A stretch of DNA of 62,966 nt, counting the filler, from Diploschistes diacapsis (Eukaryota): the NCBI GenBank assembly GCA_023645945.1. It is 17 parts of 17 records of this genome, joined end to end, with 100 filler letters (N's around TTAATTAATTAA, not from the genome) between each part and the next. Parts side by side here need not be neighbours in the genome. Positions count along the whole stretch, not along the records: positions 1 to 20,712 come from JALAIB010000329.1; 16 more parts are not named here. One strand, 5' to 3'. Within the stretch, counting starts at the first letter, position 1. Every line of letters begins with the position of its first letter. The notes beneath the pieces are model-generated. The model was not told the DNA's origin and did not search any database. It saw only the letters and a program-made list of their open reading frames with translations. A program made the position numbers and the translations under genes. This document shows, piece by piece, positions 1 through 12,359 of this stretch.

Positions 1-198
1 GAGGAGGGAGGAGGCTGCGTTTGTGGATGGAGACGTGGAGAGGGATGTGGTCGTTGCTGTTGTTGTTGAGGGAACGGTGGATGTGCTGGGGGGGAGCGTC
101 GATGTAGATGCGGGGGATATGCCGGTGAGAGCGTCGATGGAGGCGAGGAAGGAGGAGACGAGGTTGGGTTCCGGGGAGGGTGCTGCCGCGGGGGCCAT
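1..198 (-). CDS. 5' end of a gene running off the window; Ser/Thr/Pro-rich N-terminus, product unknown
   Basis: ATG at 198 in a good context (CACAATGGC). 66 open codons to the window edge: MAPAAAPSPEPNLVSSFLASIDALTGISPASTSTLPPSTST... Confidence 0.5.
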   Translation of the reverse strand, partial: MAPAAAPSPEPNLVSSFLASIDALTGISPASTSTLPPSTSTVPSTTTATTTSLSTSPSTNAASSLL

Positions 199-982
199 TG
201 TGGGAGGGTTCCTGAGGGTGAATGGTGCTGAGTGTAGACCTTCTTTGGGTGTTTCGTAGACGTGATCAGAGATGATTGACTTGGAGAGAAGACGGTTGGC
301 AGGAAGGAATGCGTTTTGGTGGAGGCTTTGACAATCCCTTGCTAACCAGGAAGATCTTGAAAGCCCACACTACCAGATCTCAACCCTCTCAAATCCGCAA
401 ATCGCAATCGCAAAACCGCAAAAGAAGCAAGGAATGAGAAAAGAGGAAGAAACCCAGCTCGAGCGCTCCAGCGCCATCAAGTATGTAGGTACCTAGCAAT
501 GCCCATGTGAAATCTGGCTGTGCTCCTGCCTCGCAACCCCTGGTCTATGCACAGAACACGACTATGGAATGCTATATATAGGTTGCGCAGGCTGGCAGTT
601 AGAAATCGAGGTTCCTGAAAGCCTTGTGGTTAGTATTAGGCACTACCCCCGCTGTTACAGTTTATGCACCACTTTACCCGTGAAACTCAGGACCGACTAC
701 GCCGGTAAATGGATAATTCCTGACGGTTATTCAAGACTCAAGAGACACACGATCCCAAGAAAGGCTCGATTGCTACGTAGCAGTACTTTGGCGGCCCTCT
801 CCCCCGTCGACGCCCTTGTCGTCGCATCGAGGCGCATATTATGCGTGAGGGATGGAAAGTCCGTGACATTATACGTCTCACACGGGCCCCGGAGTCCCAT
901 CCACAACCCTCTCTCTCTTCAAAAGTCCTCTGCACCCCTATCACTGCCAGGCCACATTTCTGCATCACTTTAATCTCTCACC

Positions 983-1694
983 ATGGCCGCCGCCGCAGTT
1001 GCCTCTTGCTCGTCCAGCCACTTCCAGAGCCTTTCCGACTCTCGGTGAGGCCAAGACCAACCCCCCCGACAAGGCGAATGGCGAGGTTCTTACCGCCGAT
1101 GTCTTCAAAGACTTCTTGGTGAACGCAGGCATGGACAAACCGAAGGTTTGGCCATGCTACACCGTCACTTCGATCTTGGACCCGACGAGAAGCTAATCGA
1201 ATACCGAGGAACCTCGATTCCATGGCGCAAAGCGGTTCCCTGGAATGAAAAACCTCTGGCCCTCCATCTAGGCTTTCGATGAGGACGGCAACCTAAGGCC
1301 GGCCGAGTTCCGCTACTCCGAGAAGCAGGACGGTCCTCTATCCAAGGAGGCTCTTGTATTCATCCTTTAGTTCAAGGCCCTGCTGGACAAGCATGGTCTG
1401 ACCAAGATTTTTGGCCTGGCCCGATACCCTTGTGATGACTTCAAGGGTTCGTGCAAGGTCACCATCGGCAGGACCAACATCAATCTCGAGCCCAAAGACG
1501 TGAGAGATGCCCTCCTTCAAACGCCACTGCTTAGGTAACTAGCTGACACTGAGTAGTTTCCGGAGAATCTCGAGCAAACCCCGACTATCTGGTTCTTCTC
1601 TGAGGGTCTGTGGAAGCGTGGATGTCGCTGCACTTGCAATGCCAACGGAGCGAATCATCCCCACGGCACCCATGTTATCACTGTGTCTGCGTAA
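983..1694 (+). pseudogene. Disabled conserved fungal hypothetical protein with an LHRHFDL motif and a Cys/His-rich C-terminus
   Basis: Reconstructed across frames: MAAAAVASCSSSHFQSL/PTLGEAK..GMDK/GLAMLHRHFDLGPDEKLIEYRGTSIPW/..SI*AFDEDGNLRPAEF..FIL*FKALL..FGLARYPCDDFKG..GRTNINLEPKD, intron 1500-1556, then FPENLEQTPTIWFFSEGLWKRGCRCTCNANGANHPHGTHVITVSA*. About 3 frameshifts and 2 in-frame TAGs (~1269, ~1367). Confidence 0.65.
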
Positions 1695-2197
1695 CGGTTG
1701 TGAAAGCAGTTAGGTCCTCGAGCGATCCCATACCGCCCGTTGGGAGGCAACATAATTTTCGATCAGAAATGAAATTGTTGCCGGGACCCGATTTTAGCTA
1801 GTCCATATTTCATTTGACTAGGCAGAACCACTTCCACTCCTCTTTGTACCTTGACTTCTGTGATGGCTCATGCTGCTCGCCAAAAGCTTCCTGACCAGTA
1901 CTATTTCTGAATGTCAGTCGTCACACAAATGGCAAATATCATAGCATATAAAAGCACGGAGGGAAACCTTTGAGTAACGTGCAGAACTGCCAACTCAGAC
2001 CCTCGCGTAACTGCCAACCGTTCTTTCGGTTCCTCCCCGCCACCCGGAACCAGGTGGAGCATCGGGCTTCTAGTCAGCCTTCGGGGCGTTGAATGGGTGT
2101 CACCCCTTTGGCACTTATAAGGATATAAGAGAGCCTGCTGCCTTCTTTCTTTGCCCAATTTCTTCGTCCCTCGTGAAACAACCTCCATCGGCTCTTC

Positions 2198-3378
2198 ATG
2201 TACAAGATGGCAAGTCCAAGCAAGACGCCATGCTTGGATCCGGAAAACATCGTTGCTGCCGTCGCCCAGCTGGGAATCGGCGGCACAGGCCCATCCCTGG
2301 ATGCGATGTTCGACGGAGGTCAGTGTCGCGTCTACAAACTCAGCTTCCAAGACCGGGAGAGTGTAGCCGTTCGCGCACCACGTCACATGAGCGGCGGCAG
2401 TCCAGATGGCATCATCAGTGCGCTGAGGACGGAACACGAGACTCTCCAGACACTCGAGGCAAAAGGCTTCCGCTGGGCTCCGGAATGCCATGGGAGTAGC
2501 ATGACATTTGACAACCCGGTCCGGCAGCCTTTCCTTGTCCTGGCTTGGGCTGAGGGCTCGAATCTTGTCTGGAACAAAGGCTGCCCGCCGCGACCCCTAC
2601 GGGACACCTTGCTTGGGCAGATGGCTGAGATACAAGCGTCCCTGATAGAGTGCACGCTTGAGACTGGTATGTAAAGCGTTTTCTGCTCCCCGCTCCTCGC
2701 TTCATGCTGACACATGAACAACGGCTCAATCTCAGTCGCGTTGCCTAGGCTCTACTACTGCGGAAGCCTTCTTTGAACGAGTAATAAAGAACAGGCGGAT
2801 TCGTGTTCGACATGCAAGATCCCCGCCCTTACAGAAAAGGACTGTGACCACCAGAAGGCTCTGCTGCATCGGGTACTTGGCAGGCATGTATACGACAGGA
2901 CGATGGCCATGGATCACGGTGATTTCAAGCCGGAAAACATCATTGTGGACGCGGACTATAAGATCAAGTGGTACGGCAGGCCCGTGATTGAATGCTTTTC
3001 CAATGAGACATGGCTGATCATTTTGATGGCAGCATCATTGATTGGGCCTTTGCCGGATTGGTTCCCCTCCTGAGAGCCGCTGGTCTCCCTCGTTTCCTAT
3101 GGGGGACCTACCCGGGCTGCCCCTCCGAGTCTGCAACTGTCGGTAAGGACAGACAGTCCTACGCGGCGGCCCTTGCTACCATGGCTTCGTCGGGGGCGTC
3201 GTACATGCGGCTCGTTCAAGCCTCCAGATCCGTGAACTTTTGCACCATCTATGTGGAGTCGCTCCTCAGCAAGAACGTACACGCTCTGCTGGCAGAACAC
3301 AAATGGAAGCTTCCTGGTTGCGAGCTTCTCGGGGATGAGGACGAGGAAGAGCTGAGACACTCGGACTTCAGAGGCTGA
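2198..3378 (+). pseudogene. Aminoglycoside phosphotransferase / protein kinase-like (APH family) gene with one frameshift (pseudogene or assembly indel)
   Basis: GGQCRVYKL..AVR N-lobe, Brenner motif HGDFKPENIIVD and IIDW motif. Introns 2667-2748 and 2971-3032. Exon 2 changes frame near 2810-2816 (CGACATGCAAGATC); the HGD frame has a TGA at 2774. Confidence 0.75.
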
Positions 3379-3739
3379 AGTTGGCGTTTTCATGTCATTG
3401 GAATGTCCCAGATTGGTGGCAGAACTGCAAAAGAGCAAAAGACGAAAAGAGGCGTACGCAAGCTTTGTATTATCATCATTGTTATTCCCGTTGTGTTCCG
3501 CGAACCGCCCCGTCGGGTCCCAATCCCGATCAACGGAGCCTGCCAGCGCAGCTTGCGGAGCCATAATTAAATACATGCATGCCGTAAGCCTAAAGTAAAA
3601 CAACCCCAGCCTTCTCTTCTTAGGGCCTTGAGGATTATGAACGAGGTGCATGATTATGCCTGGACAAAACGGCGGTGATCTTGACGGTGCAGCTTCTCAT
3701 GCGCATTCATTCTGATAAGAAAGCGGCTCCAGAAGCCGC

Positions 3740-5355
3740 TTAGAGACACTGCGAGTAGTACGAGTTTTGAACCTGGCACGTGGTACCCGCAACGCAGACC
3801 GTTGCGCCCGTCCAGCCCGCGCCGCCGCACTGTCCGTACTCCGCAACAGTCGCGCCGCCGGAAGCAGGGGTCGAGGCATGAGCGGCCGCGGCGGTGGTGG
3901 TCGACGGCTTGCTCGGCGTAGATCCGGAGCCGGAGCCGGAGGTGCCGCTGAAGGTGGAGTCGATGTCGCCCCACTTGATGTTGGAGAAAGTGACGGAGGA
4001 CCTGGGGTACTGCGCTTCAACGGTGGCGGGAACGCCGGAGTTGGCCGGGCAGGGGCCGCGGCCGATGCCGGGCGTGCTCGGGTTACCGCCGACGGGGTAT
4101 TCGGAGTCGAGCCAAAGGCAGTTGGCCTTGTAATCGTCCCAGATGGACATGACAAGCACCATACCCTGGCCCTGCGAGAAGACCTGGCCCATCTTCTGGA
4201 GGCCGCCCATGGTGTCGAAGGTGTCGGCGTCGCCGAAGGCGGTCTTCTGTTGCTTGCAGAACTGTTCTGAGATGGCGTTGGTGCCGTCGATGCCGGCAAT
4301 GTTGGTCATGGAGTTAGGCACCACATTGCCATTCTGGACGTAGAAACGGCTGATCTGGGCGAGATTGCCGGTGGCGGTGCCGTCGTCGGTGATGAACTGG
4401 GTCACGACGGAGAACTTGGACTTGGTATCTACGGTCAGGCCGGTGCCGTAGAAGCCAGTATCACCCATACGGTAGGAGTTGAAGTCGCAGCCAGCCTGGT
4501 CGCAGGTGGTCGTACAGTTGCCGCCAGCAGTGCACGCAGTCTGCTCGTCGACAGTGCAAGGGTGGGGAGTGAAGGCGGCAGCGTTGCTGTTGGCTTCCCA
4601 GATGTCCATTTCAGAGCAGCAGCTGCCCATGGCACCGGCACCGGCGTTGGGGTTGTTGGAATCTGAAGCCCAGCCTTCGACGTTGCCCTGAGCTTGGGAT
4701 TAGCTCTGCAATTAACGGCGAAGACAAAGCTTCAACTTACAACACCGTTGATGAATTTGAGATCCTGTGGGCATTGCGCATCGCAGTAGCCGGTACCATA
4801 TTGGGCCCCAGCCTTGTTGGTGGGGAACCTCTTCATTCCACCGTCCTGGTCCATCTGAGAGAAGTACAGAGCACCGTTGAGACCGCAGGGAAGGTTGGAG
4901 ACGTCAACATCGAAGGTGAACTCCTGGTTGAGGAGGTTGAACATCTGGTACTCAGTATTGCTCTCGAGCAGGTAGACACGAGATCCAACGTTTTTGGCGC
5001 CACTCGAGCCTGCCGTCACAAAGTCCAAAGTGAGAGCGTCGCCAGAGGTTGTGATACCATAAGTGCTCGAGTATGAAGCACCGTCCAGCGCACAGTTCGC
5101 AGCGCAGGTTGCGTCATCAGGGCAGAGGGTGGCGTCCCAGGCGTTACCGGTGTAGCAATTTGTGTAGCCGCTGTTGGAGTGGACCCACCTCCAGTTGGCA
5201 TCGATAACGATGGACTGGTCGGAGGTTGTGCAGCCACCGGCCTTGGTGCACTTGGAGACCGAAAGGGTAGGGTGAGCCTCAGCGGTGTTGGTGCCGATCT
5301 GCTGGCCGTGCACGAGGGCAAGCGCGCAGAGGGAGGCGAGGATCGACTTGTACAT
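3740..5355 (-). CDS. cbh1: Glycoside hydrolase family 7 cellobiohydrolase with linker and C-terminal CBM1
   Basis: Signal peptide [17 protein letters not shown] then [19 protein letters not shown]; catalytic EMDIWE; CBM1 [32 protein letters not shown]. Exons 5355-4741 and 4687-3740, intron GTAAGT..CAG. Confidence 0.97.
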
Positions 5356-5460
5356 GTTGAAGAAGCGAAGGACCTCGACCGTTAAAAGTGAGTGACTGGA
5401 GTGCGGAAGCGAAAGAAGGCTGCTGAAAGGGAGGATAGATTGAGGTGGCCGGCAAGAGCA

Positions 5461-5470
5461 AATATATATA
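5461..5470 (-). promoter_or_regulatory. TATA box of the GH7 gene
   Basis: TATATATATT about 110 nt upstream of the ATG, followed by a CT-rich leader. Confidence 0.5.
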
Positions 5471-5744
5471 CCAGCACAAGCCGTGCCCTTTAACCGCACG
5501 CAAAGAGCCAGTGCTCAATGATATTGAATCGCCATTTGGAGCAGGCGAACGATGGCCGTTAGTCCTAGGAATCATGGCTGGTAGGCTTGCAGCGATGGAA
5601 ACATTGTTTTCAAGCATGAGATAGGAACAAATGAAGAAGGGTTGGCTCGCTTCTTCCGGACAGAGTCTCAGTCAGGTACAGCTCATGGTTTAATTTGAAG
5701 GTCACGCAGGTACCTGCGTCGGTGACAAGTTGCTTGATGTGGTC

Positions 5745-5758
5745 CGGCGTGAAGGCCG
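5745..5758. promoter_or_regulatory. Candidate ClrB-type Zn2Cys6 binding site (CGG-N8-CCG)
   Basis: CGG-CGTGAAGG-CCG, about 390 nt upstream of the cellulase ATG. Confidence 0.4.
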
Positions 5759-8700
5759 TTTCTGCCGGTAATGGAAGGTCGAAAGATGGAGTAAGGCAGG
5801 GCCCTATTGCCGGAGCATTAGCAAGTCTTTTGTTTAGTTGGAAGGGTCCATCTAACTCGGTAGTAGTACAAATGGATTCCATATCCTACGGTGATGGTAG
5901 GATGGTAGGATGGTAAGACAGATTGCAGTAAGAACTTGAATAGACTGCGGAGTAGGCACGGAGGGCTGAAGCGCTCCCAAGATTCAGAACAACCTATATA
6001 TCCCAACAATTCGACCGCTATTCTTCCCTGTCCTCCTGCTCATTTCATGAAACCGCAGGAAACTCCCTAAACGGACATGCAGAAAACCTTCCTCTTGGCC
6101 AGGCTTGATTCTCGGTGCTCAGTTTGGGTCAACAATTTATATTGCTCTTGGTAAGTTAGGCTTTGCACAAGTGTGCTGTTCCCACCCACAACAAAGTCAA
6201 TCTACAGCACCAAGATCGCTCAAGGTTCAGATTCCAACTGTCCATGAGGGCTGGATCTTAGAGATGCAGCAGTTCAGCCATTGCAAAGTACCTTGTCTGT
6301 TGCTGCGTCCCTCACTTTGCTAGTCATCAACCCATCTATCTATCCCGTCAAGTCACAAACTTTTCTTTGGTTGATCGCTATCCCGGATTACAGGCTATAC
6401 CATCGACTGGATCATGCCGCAATGCCTATCACCCTGTGTAGCAGGCTATATCCGAAGCAAGCGTTCTTGGTATCTCTCACGGCGGTCCCTTTGGCTTTGC
6501 GGAGGATCTGGGGAAGTGGGGGGAGGCGCCGCTTGCAATGCTACGCTGTACGCCATATACCCGAGTTTACCCCGTTTGTGCATTACTTGCATACGGTCCT
6601 GCCTCCGTAGCTCGGTGCTGCTTTGTCTTCTTGGCCAATTGGGGTGCCATCTGTCTACCTCGGACTTGCAAAGGCAAGGACGGAGTCATTTGAGTTTTCC
6701 AAGATCTACAGGGGTATACCGGCCGAGAAGAGCAACTTTCTCTTCGTATATTGCTTTCGGAAGTTACTCTTTCTGAGCAGTGATATTATACCAATTGATC
6801 TCCCTTTGACCGGCAATCTACGTTAATATACTACGTTAGGGACTAAAGCCCTTGTGGCAAGGTAATTCAAAGTTCTACAATAGATACATCAGCAGGACTG
6901 CGGCTCTTATGGACAGTTTCATCTCATCTTAATTCACCGAGCACATGTCAATCTTTACGAAGGTCTTTGCTTGTATGCAAGCTGATATCGACCTTTTTGA
7001 GACCAAACTGGGCAGCAGGCCTAAGCAATCGCTTTATACAGTCTTTTTCCTATATTTGATGGTACACTGCTTCGAAATAGGTATTCTCTGTTTCTTGCCA
7101 GTGTGATATTACAAAGCGCCAGTTTAGTACCGCTAGGCCACATAGCCAAAAGACCAACAATACTGGATTCTGCCAGTATTGAACTAAACTGATATATATA
7201 GCGAAACCACACCAGTCAGCACCCCATGTCTCGTATTTCTGCTGAGTATACAGCAGTTCGCAGGACTTCTTACTCTTTCTAAAGTTAGCCTGATCTGTTT
7301 GTGGTATGCACATCTATAGTGGCTCTCTGATATCTGCTGCGGACTCGAAACATTTCTACATAATACTTGTACAAGACCAAACTTTCTTGTTCCGCACCTT
7401 TGCACTGTCTACATATGCAGCTTGGTTTGATAACTAGTTGGATACATTTGATCCGTTCTCAGCTACTCCTCAAGCTAATCCAGGAAACGTTGAGCAATGG
7501 TAGTCGCACTGCTGGAGCGCTTCGTGGGCCTTCTGCACGCGAGTTGCGCGCTTATGGTGATTAATACCTATTAATCGATGGAACAAGAAATGCTCTGCTT
7601 GGACATAGATGGAGCGGAGTGGCAACTGCGGATGCTCAAGCCGGCTCGCGTCATAGCATGACCCTAACGATACTTTCTCCAGATCTCCCTTTTAGCTGGA
7701 ACTTGAAAACTCTTTACCCACGAAGAAATCTCGGTTCAATTTCGCAGACGAGCAGTCATGGCTAAAAAGCAAACCTGTACGCTCGGGTCCTTATCATGTG
7801 ATAAAAACCTGGAACATGGTCTATCTACGCGTCTTTCGATGAGCCTTTGTGAGCCTGGCAATGCAGACGTGTTTCAATCCTCTACCGGACTATGAAGCCG
7901 ACGGTAAAACTCCTCAAATACTGCACGACTTACATAGCGGCAGAGACCCGTAAAGTTGTACCATTAGGGAGTGCTTCAAAATAAACTCAGAGGGTTTTCT
8001 CAAGTGAATCCGCAGAACTCCAAAAAGGTTATATGCCACCACCAAGCTAAATCAGATTGCAAAGAAACTTACCGCGCTGCGATGACAACAAAACAACCAA
8101 AGCAAAATTGACCACATCCGCCTGTTAACAGCAACAGCTTGGGGTGGTAGGGCTCATGAACTCGCTATACTCAACGTTAGGAAAGAGGCCCAAACTCCAG
8201 CACCGTCGTGGCACGCCGCAAACCCTACCATCTCCTTAAATTGTCTAAGCACATGGCAATCCAATACCATGAAGCCTTGCCGAAAACATTTTTCTGTAAA
8301 TGAGCCATCGAAAACTTATCTTTCGTGCACCACCAAACTATAAAGGGGGTCCATGAAATATCTAGTTGGCTTTGAGACTAATATCCTGAACTCGGCTCCG
8401 ACAAAGCCCCTGGCACCCCCAGATTGGAAACCGCTAAAGCGGGGATTCTGGAACTTTGCGCATCGTTCAGAGTCTCCCGGATGAGATTTCGCCCACCACC
8501 CACGATCGCGTCCAACACGGCTCTCGCGCAGCGACCATTCCTTATCCTACTTATCCGCGAAAGTCGAGGACGCCATTAAGGGTCGGTCGAAGATCCCTAG
8601 GCACAAGTTCGCCGATGTGCCAACGAGTGTCTACGGACTGTCGAGACTACCCTGGTGACGTTTCTGCTTCGCGAATCGGATAGGGAGAACAATATCACTT

Positions 8701-10337
8701 TCTTGAAACTGAAAGAAACTTCGCGCTGAGCTTGCCGTATATAATTCGGCTCGAGCACCGTGACTCCTAAAAGACCATCAATCCAGACATCTGAACCTTC
8801 CTCATTCATGCCCTTTCTTGTTTCCCCTTCTCTCCCGCTTTCCCTTCCTCTTTCTCCACCTTCCTTCCTTCCTCTTCAGAGCCAGCCTGCAAGCCGCCTG
8901 GCTATAGAAGCGGGGGAACGGCATTCATTACGCCTTCTCTTTCGCGAATATCCTATTCCCACTTCTGCTCCTGCTCCTGCTCTTGCGAAAATACCGATGT
9001 AATAACTTTGCTACGTACTAGTGATGGTACGTTGGCGTCTATTACTGTTGCTGGGTTTGGTGGCTTGATTTAACGGGATGGATGACTTAAAGAGGTGCGG
9101 TTATTGAATGTTAGGTACTGGGCACTGGGCACTGGGTACTGGAAACTGAGCACGGAGCCGTCCACAACGGTACAGTTGTTCAGATATGCGTTTTACGAGA
9201 AGAATAGAGGAGAAGTAGTGGTAGTTCGGCGGTGTTGGTGGAGGCAGAAGACGAGGAGAGGAGGTGATGGTGCTTGGTTCCCTTTGGACAGGATATGTGT
9301 ACTGATACATATATGAATATTAATAACATGGTATCTACTATGCTCGAGTTAAAGAAAACATCGTGCTGTGATCGCTACAGTAACTACAAAAGCGCGTGAT
9401 CCAGCGATGGAGCATCATCAGCAAGACAACATCAGTCCCTCGCTCTTCTCTTCCACTCATCACCAAACTTGCCCACCCCAGTAAGCGTATACCACACCGG
9501 ACATCAACCCCCATCCCTTCTGCTCCGCATTCCATATCTCTTCCCTTTCGCCAGGGACAGTACGCATCGTTGTCGTCATACGCAGCAAAGTCTAGGCTCC
9601 TTGCTGTTAGCGCATACCCATACGCTGGGGCGCGATACAGATACACATACACATACACATTACACGGCCCCAGCGAAGCATGGAGGACGAGCCGAGAGGG
9701 GGAAATATCTGAGGTATCTGGGGGAACCAGGCGGACGTTGTGATTTAGTAGTGGTTTTGGTGTAACTGAAGCAAGCGGGCTCGTGCTTTACATGTGCCTT
9801 TCTTTGCCTAGTGCTTCTGCAGCCTTCCTTCTGCTTTTCGTCGTCGCGCCGCCGCGAAGGGGGAAGATAGGAATGGGATGTAAGCCGGTGGTGCGCGTGT
9901 ATGTGCTCGTTCAGTTGTAGGCTGGTGGGGAACTTGGGAGGTGGGCGAATATAGGGAGGAGATGGAGGCGGATGTACCAATGGGCAGAGGAGAAGAAGAG
10001 GTGAAGGAAAAGTCTTGATGGATTATTTAATTGGGGGTTTCTATTACCGGCCGTGTTTAGCATCTACCTCTACTGCAACCTTACTGTAAGCGCGATCCAT
10101 TGCTCCCAGTGAATCTTTTGGATCTTTGTTATTCCTTTGGATATCATTATTGACTCAGCAATGGCCTGACCAGGCAAACAAAGTACCCCGAGAGACCCCA
10201 AGCTCCGTACCCAGCCACTCCATTCCAGAGGCGCTCTCCGGTACTCATCCTGGCATCTCTCCGTGACCCAAATACTGCCTGTTTCGATGCTCAGCACATC
10301 ATGAGCCAGTGTCGCTGAAACTCTCGCCCTAACCAAG

Positions 10338-10960
10338 TCAAAGCAGCGCCCAGAAGCCCGCAGCCACCGCAAATACTGCCCCGCCAGCAATTATATTGAC
10401 GCCCGCCGCTCCCACCGCGATGGCACTCGAGCTCGTGCCTGCCGCCGCCGACGTAGTGGTGCTCCCGCTGCTACCCACCCCGCTACTAGAGCTGCCGGAG
10501 CTCGAGACCGCAGAGGCGGAAGCAGTCGAGGTAGGGGCGGAGCAGCCTGTGCCTGCAACGCCAGCTGTTCCAGGGGTACCTGGTGTTCCGGGAGTTCCTG
10601 TTGCGGATTAGCAAGACTTCTTTGTCAATAACCAGCGGCTGGCCTGAATGCTTTATGGGCAACGTAAAGCCAAGCTGGGTGGAAGTTAGGTGATCTTACC
10701 GGCTACACCCGGAGAGCCAGGGGAGCCGGAGGTGCCAGGAGTTCCGCTCGTGCCGGAAGAGCCGGGACCGCACTCGGTATCGCGAACTGCTATTGCGGCG
10801 TCCTGGGGCGGGGGTTTAGCTCCATGATAGACTGTGAAGATGCTAGGAAAAAGAGAAGCATAGCAAGGGCTCGGGCATAATTACGTACATCAACGGAAAT
10901 GGCACTGGCGGAGATGAGCGATGGGAGGGCAATGAGGAACGCTATGCTGGTGACACGCAT
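10338..10960 (-). CDS. Small secreted, probably GPI-anchored protein with a collagen-like Gly-X-Y tract
   Basis: Exons 10960-10889, 10802-10700 and 10597-10338 (GTACGT..CAG and GTAAGA..CAG introns) give MRVTSIAFLIALPSLISASAISVDDAAIAVRDTECGPGSSGTSGTPGTSGSPGSPGVAGTPGTPGTPGTAGVAGTGCSAPTST..SSSAIAVGAAGVNIIAGGAVFAVAAGFWALL*. Signal peptide, Ser/Thr stalk and hydrophobic C-terminal tail. Confidence 0.85.
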
Positions 10961-12359
10961 TGTGGTTTTCGCTTTATGGTATTCTGTTGGACGATCTGGG
11001 GTTTGACCTTGTGGAGGGCGACTGGATGGGGGTCGGCTCTGCTTGGTATATAGTGGCTGCGAGTCCTCGTTAAGCGATTGTGAGAGATGGACAGAGCCTC
11101 TGGAAATGTAGCGACAGAAGAAGCAAAACTTGCGAACCACTTAAAGCCAAGCAAAGAGAGCAGGAGGTAGGAGGCAAGAGAGGAAAGGGAGACAAGAAAA
11201 AATCAAAGGCCAATGCTCCTTTAATTAGAGTGAAGTCTTTGTGGCGCTGTAGCATGCTTGCTCGATAATATTTGGTGGCTAGGCGCAGGTGTTTACGCAG
11301 ATAGCGAGAACAGGTCACAGACCAATCTTACCATCCTGCTATACGTTATGCGCGAACATCGCATCCAAGTTCATTTCTTGAGAGGTGATGGCGCATCTGT
11401 TGCTTATTAAACCCACAAGTCAAAGCAGTTTCAGGTCTTGATTGAGGCTTTGTCGTTCCAATGGTCTCTGAAGCCGTGAAAATGATAGAAATGAGAACAG
11501 AGATTGGACACAACAAGTCCTGTAAAGAAGTGGTCCAGGAATACACGGCGTAGATTACTCCCATTCCTCCCATCTCAACCAATACTGGCATAGAAGCTCT
11601 CAGAAATGGATGAAGATGCGGTTGATGTTCCTTGGCGCTTTTAGAACAACTTTCGACCGTTCCTTACTTACCAAGACTAGTAAACAAGTCAGGAACCAGC
11701 CTGTAGAATCACCACACGAAGCTGCAAGCCTGCAACCGACATTATCGTCCACGTCCGGCACTAGAAACGAGCAAATCAAAAGAGCACACTGCATATGGTA
11801 TACGAGCCTTAACAAAGGGAATTTGCAGAAGCCAACGCAAAGTGCATGTTTGTGGCCAAGAACATCCTCGCTGCTTTTTGTGGTTTGCGTTTTTTGAATA
11901 AGCAGGCTAAGCCAGCCACGGCAGAATACTGGACAATGCACTGATTTGAGGCGTCAATAGCCGTAACTGATTGGTAAGTTCGTTGCGCTATCTTTGCCCG
12001 GCCTAGAGCATTACTGAACTGTGCATGCAATGACCGTAACACGAGATCCTTGAGCATGTCACAGCATTCGATACTTCTTATTGTGCATGCGAGATTGTAT
12101 TGCAAAAAATCCGCAGGTAGAAACAGGCGGGTGCAATTGGTGCGCTACGGCTAGACTCTCAATCTTGTATTAACAGCAGCAATACCTTATCAGACCTAGG
12201 AATGATGTTCACAGCCATACGGAGTACAGTGTGTTGCACACCGGCGCTTCCACAAGAATGCACAGACTCGACATCGTCGATACTTTGAGACGGTTGCGGG
12301 TGCCGACATGGGCAGAAAGTCGACTGTTGGATATCGGACTAGAGTGAGCACCGCATGAA

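Noticed and set aside
3697..4343. Long alternative-frame and antisense ORFs over the GH7 gene
   Set aside because: Shadows of GC-rich codon usage; the GH7 frame explains the region.
6300..8700. Possible very old minus-strand gene relic (hints of TPR-like text)
   Set aside because: Stops in every frame and no motif I can support; would need a frameshift-aware homology search.
9640..9660. (ATACAC)n microsatellite
   Set aside because: Ordinary short simple repeat.
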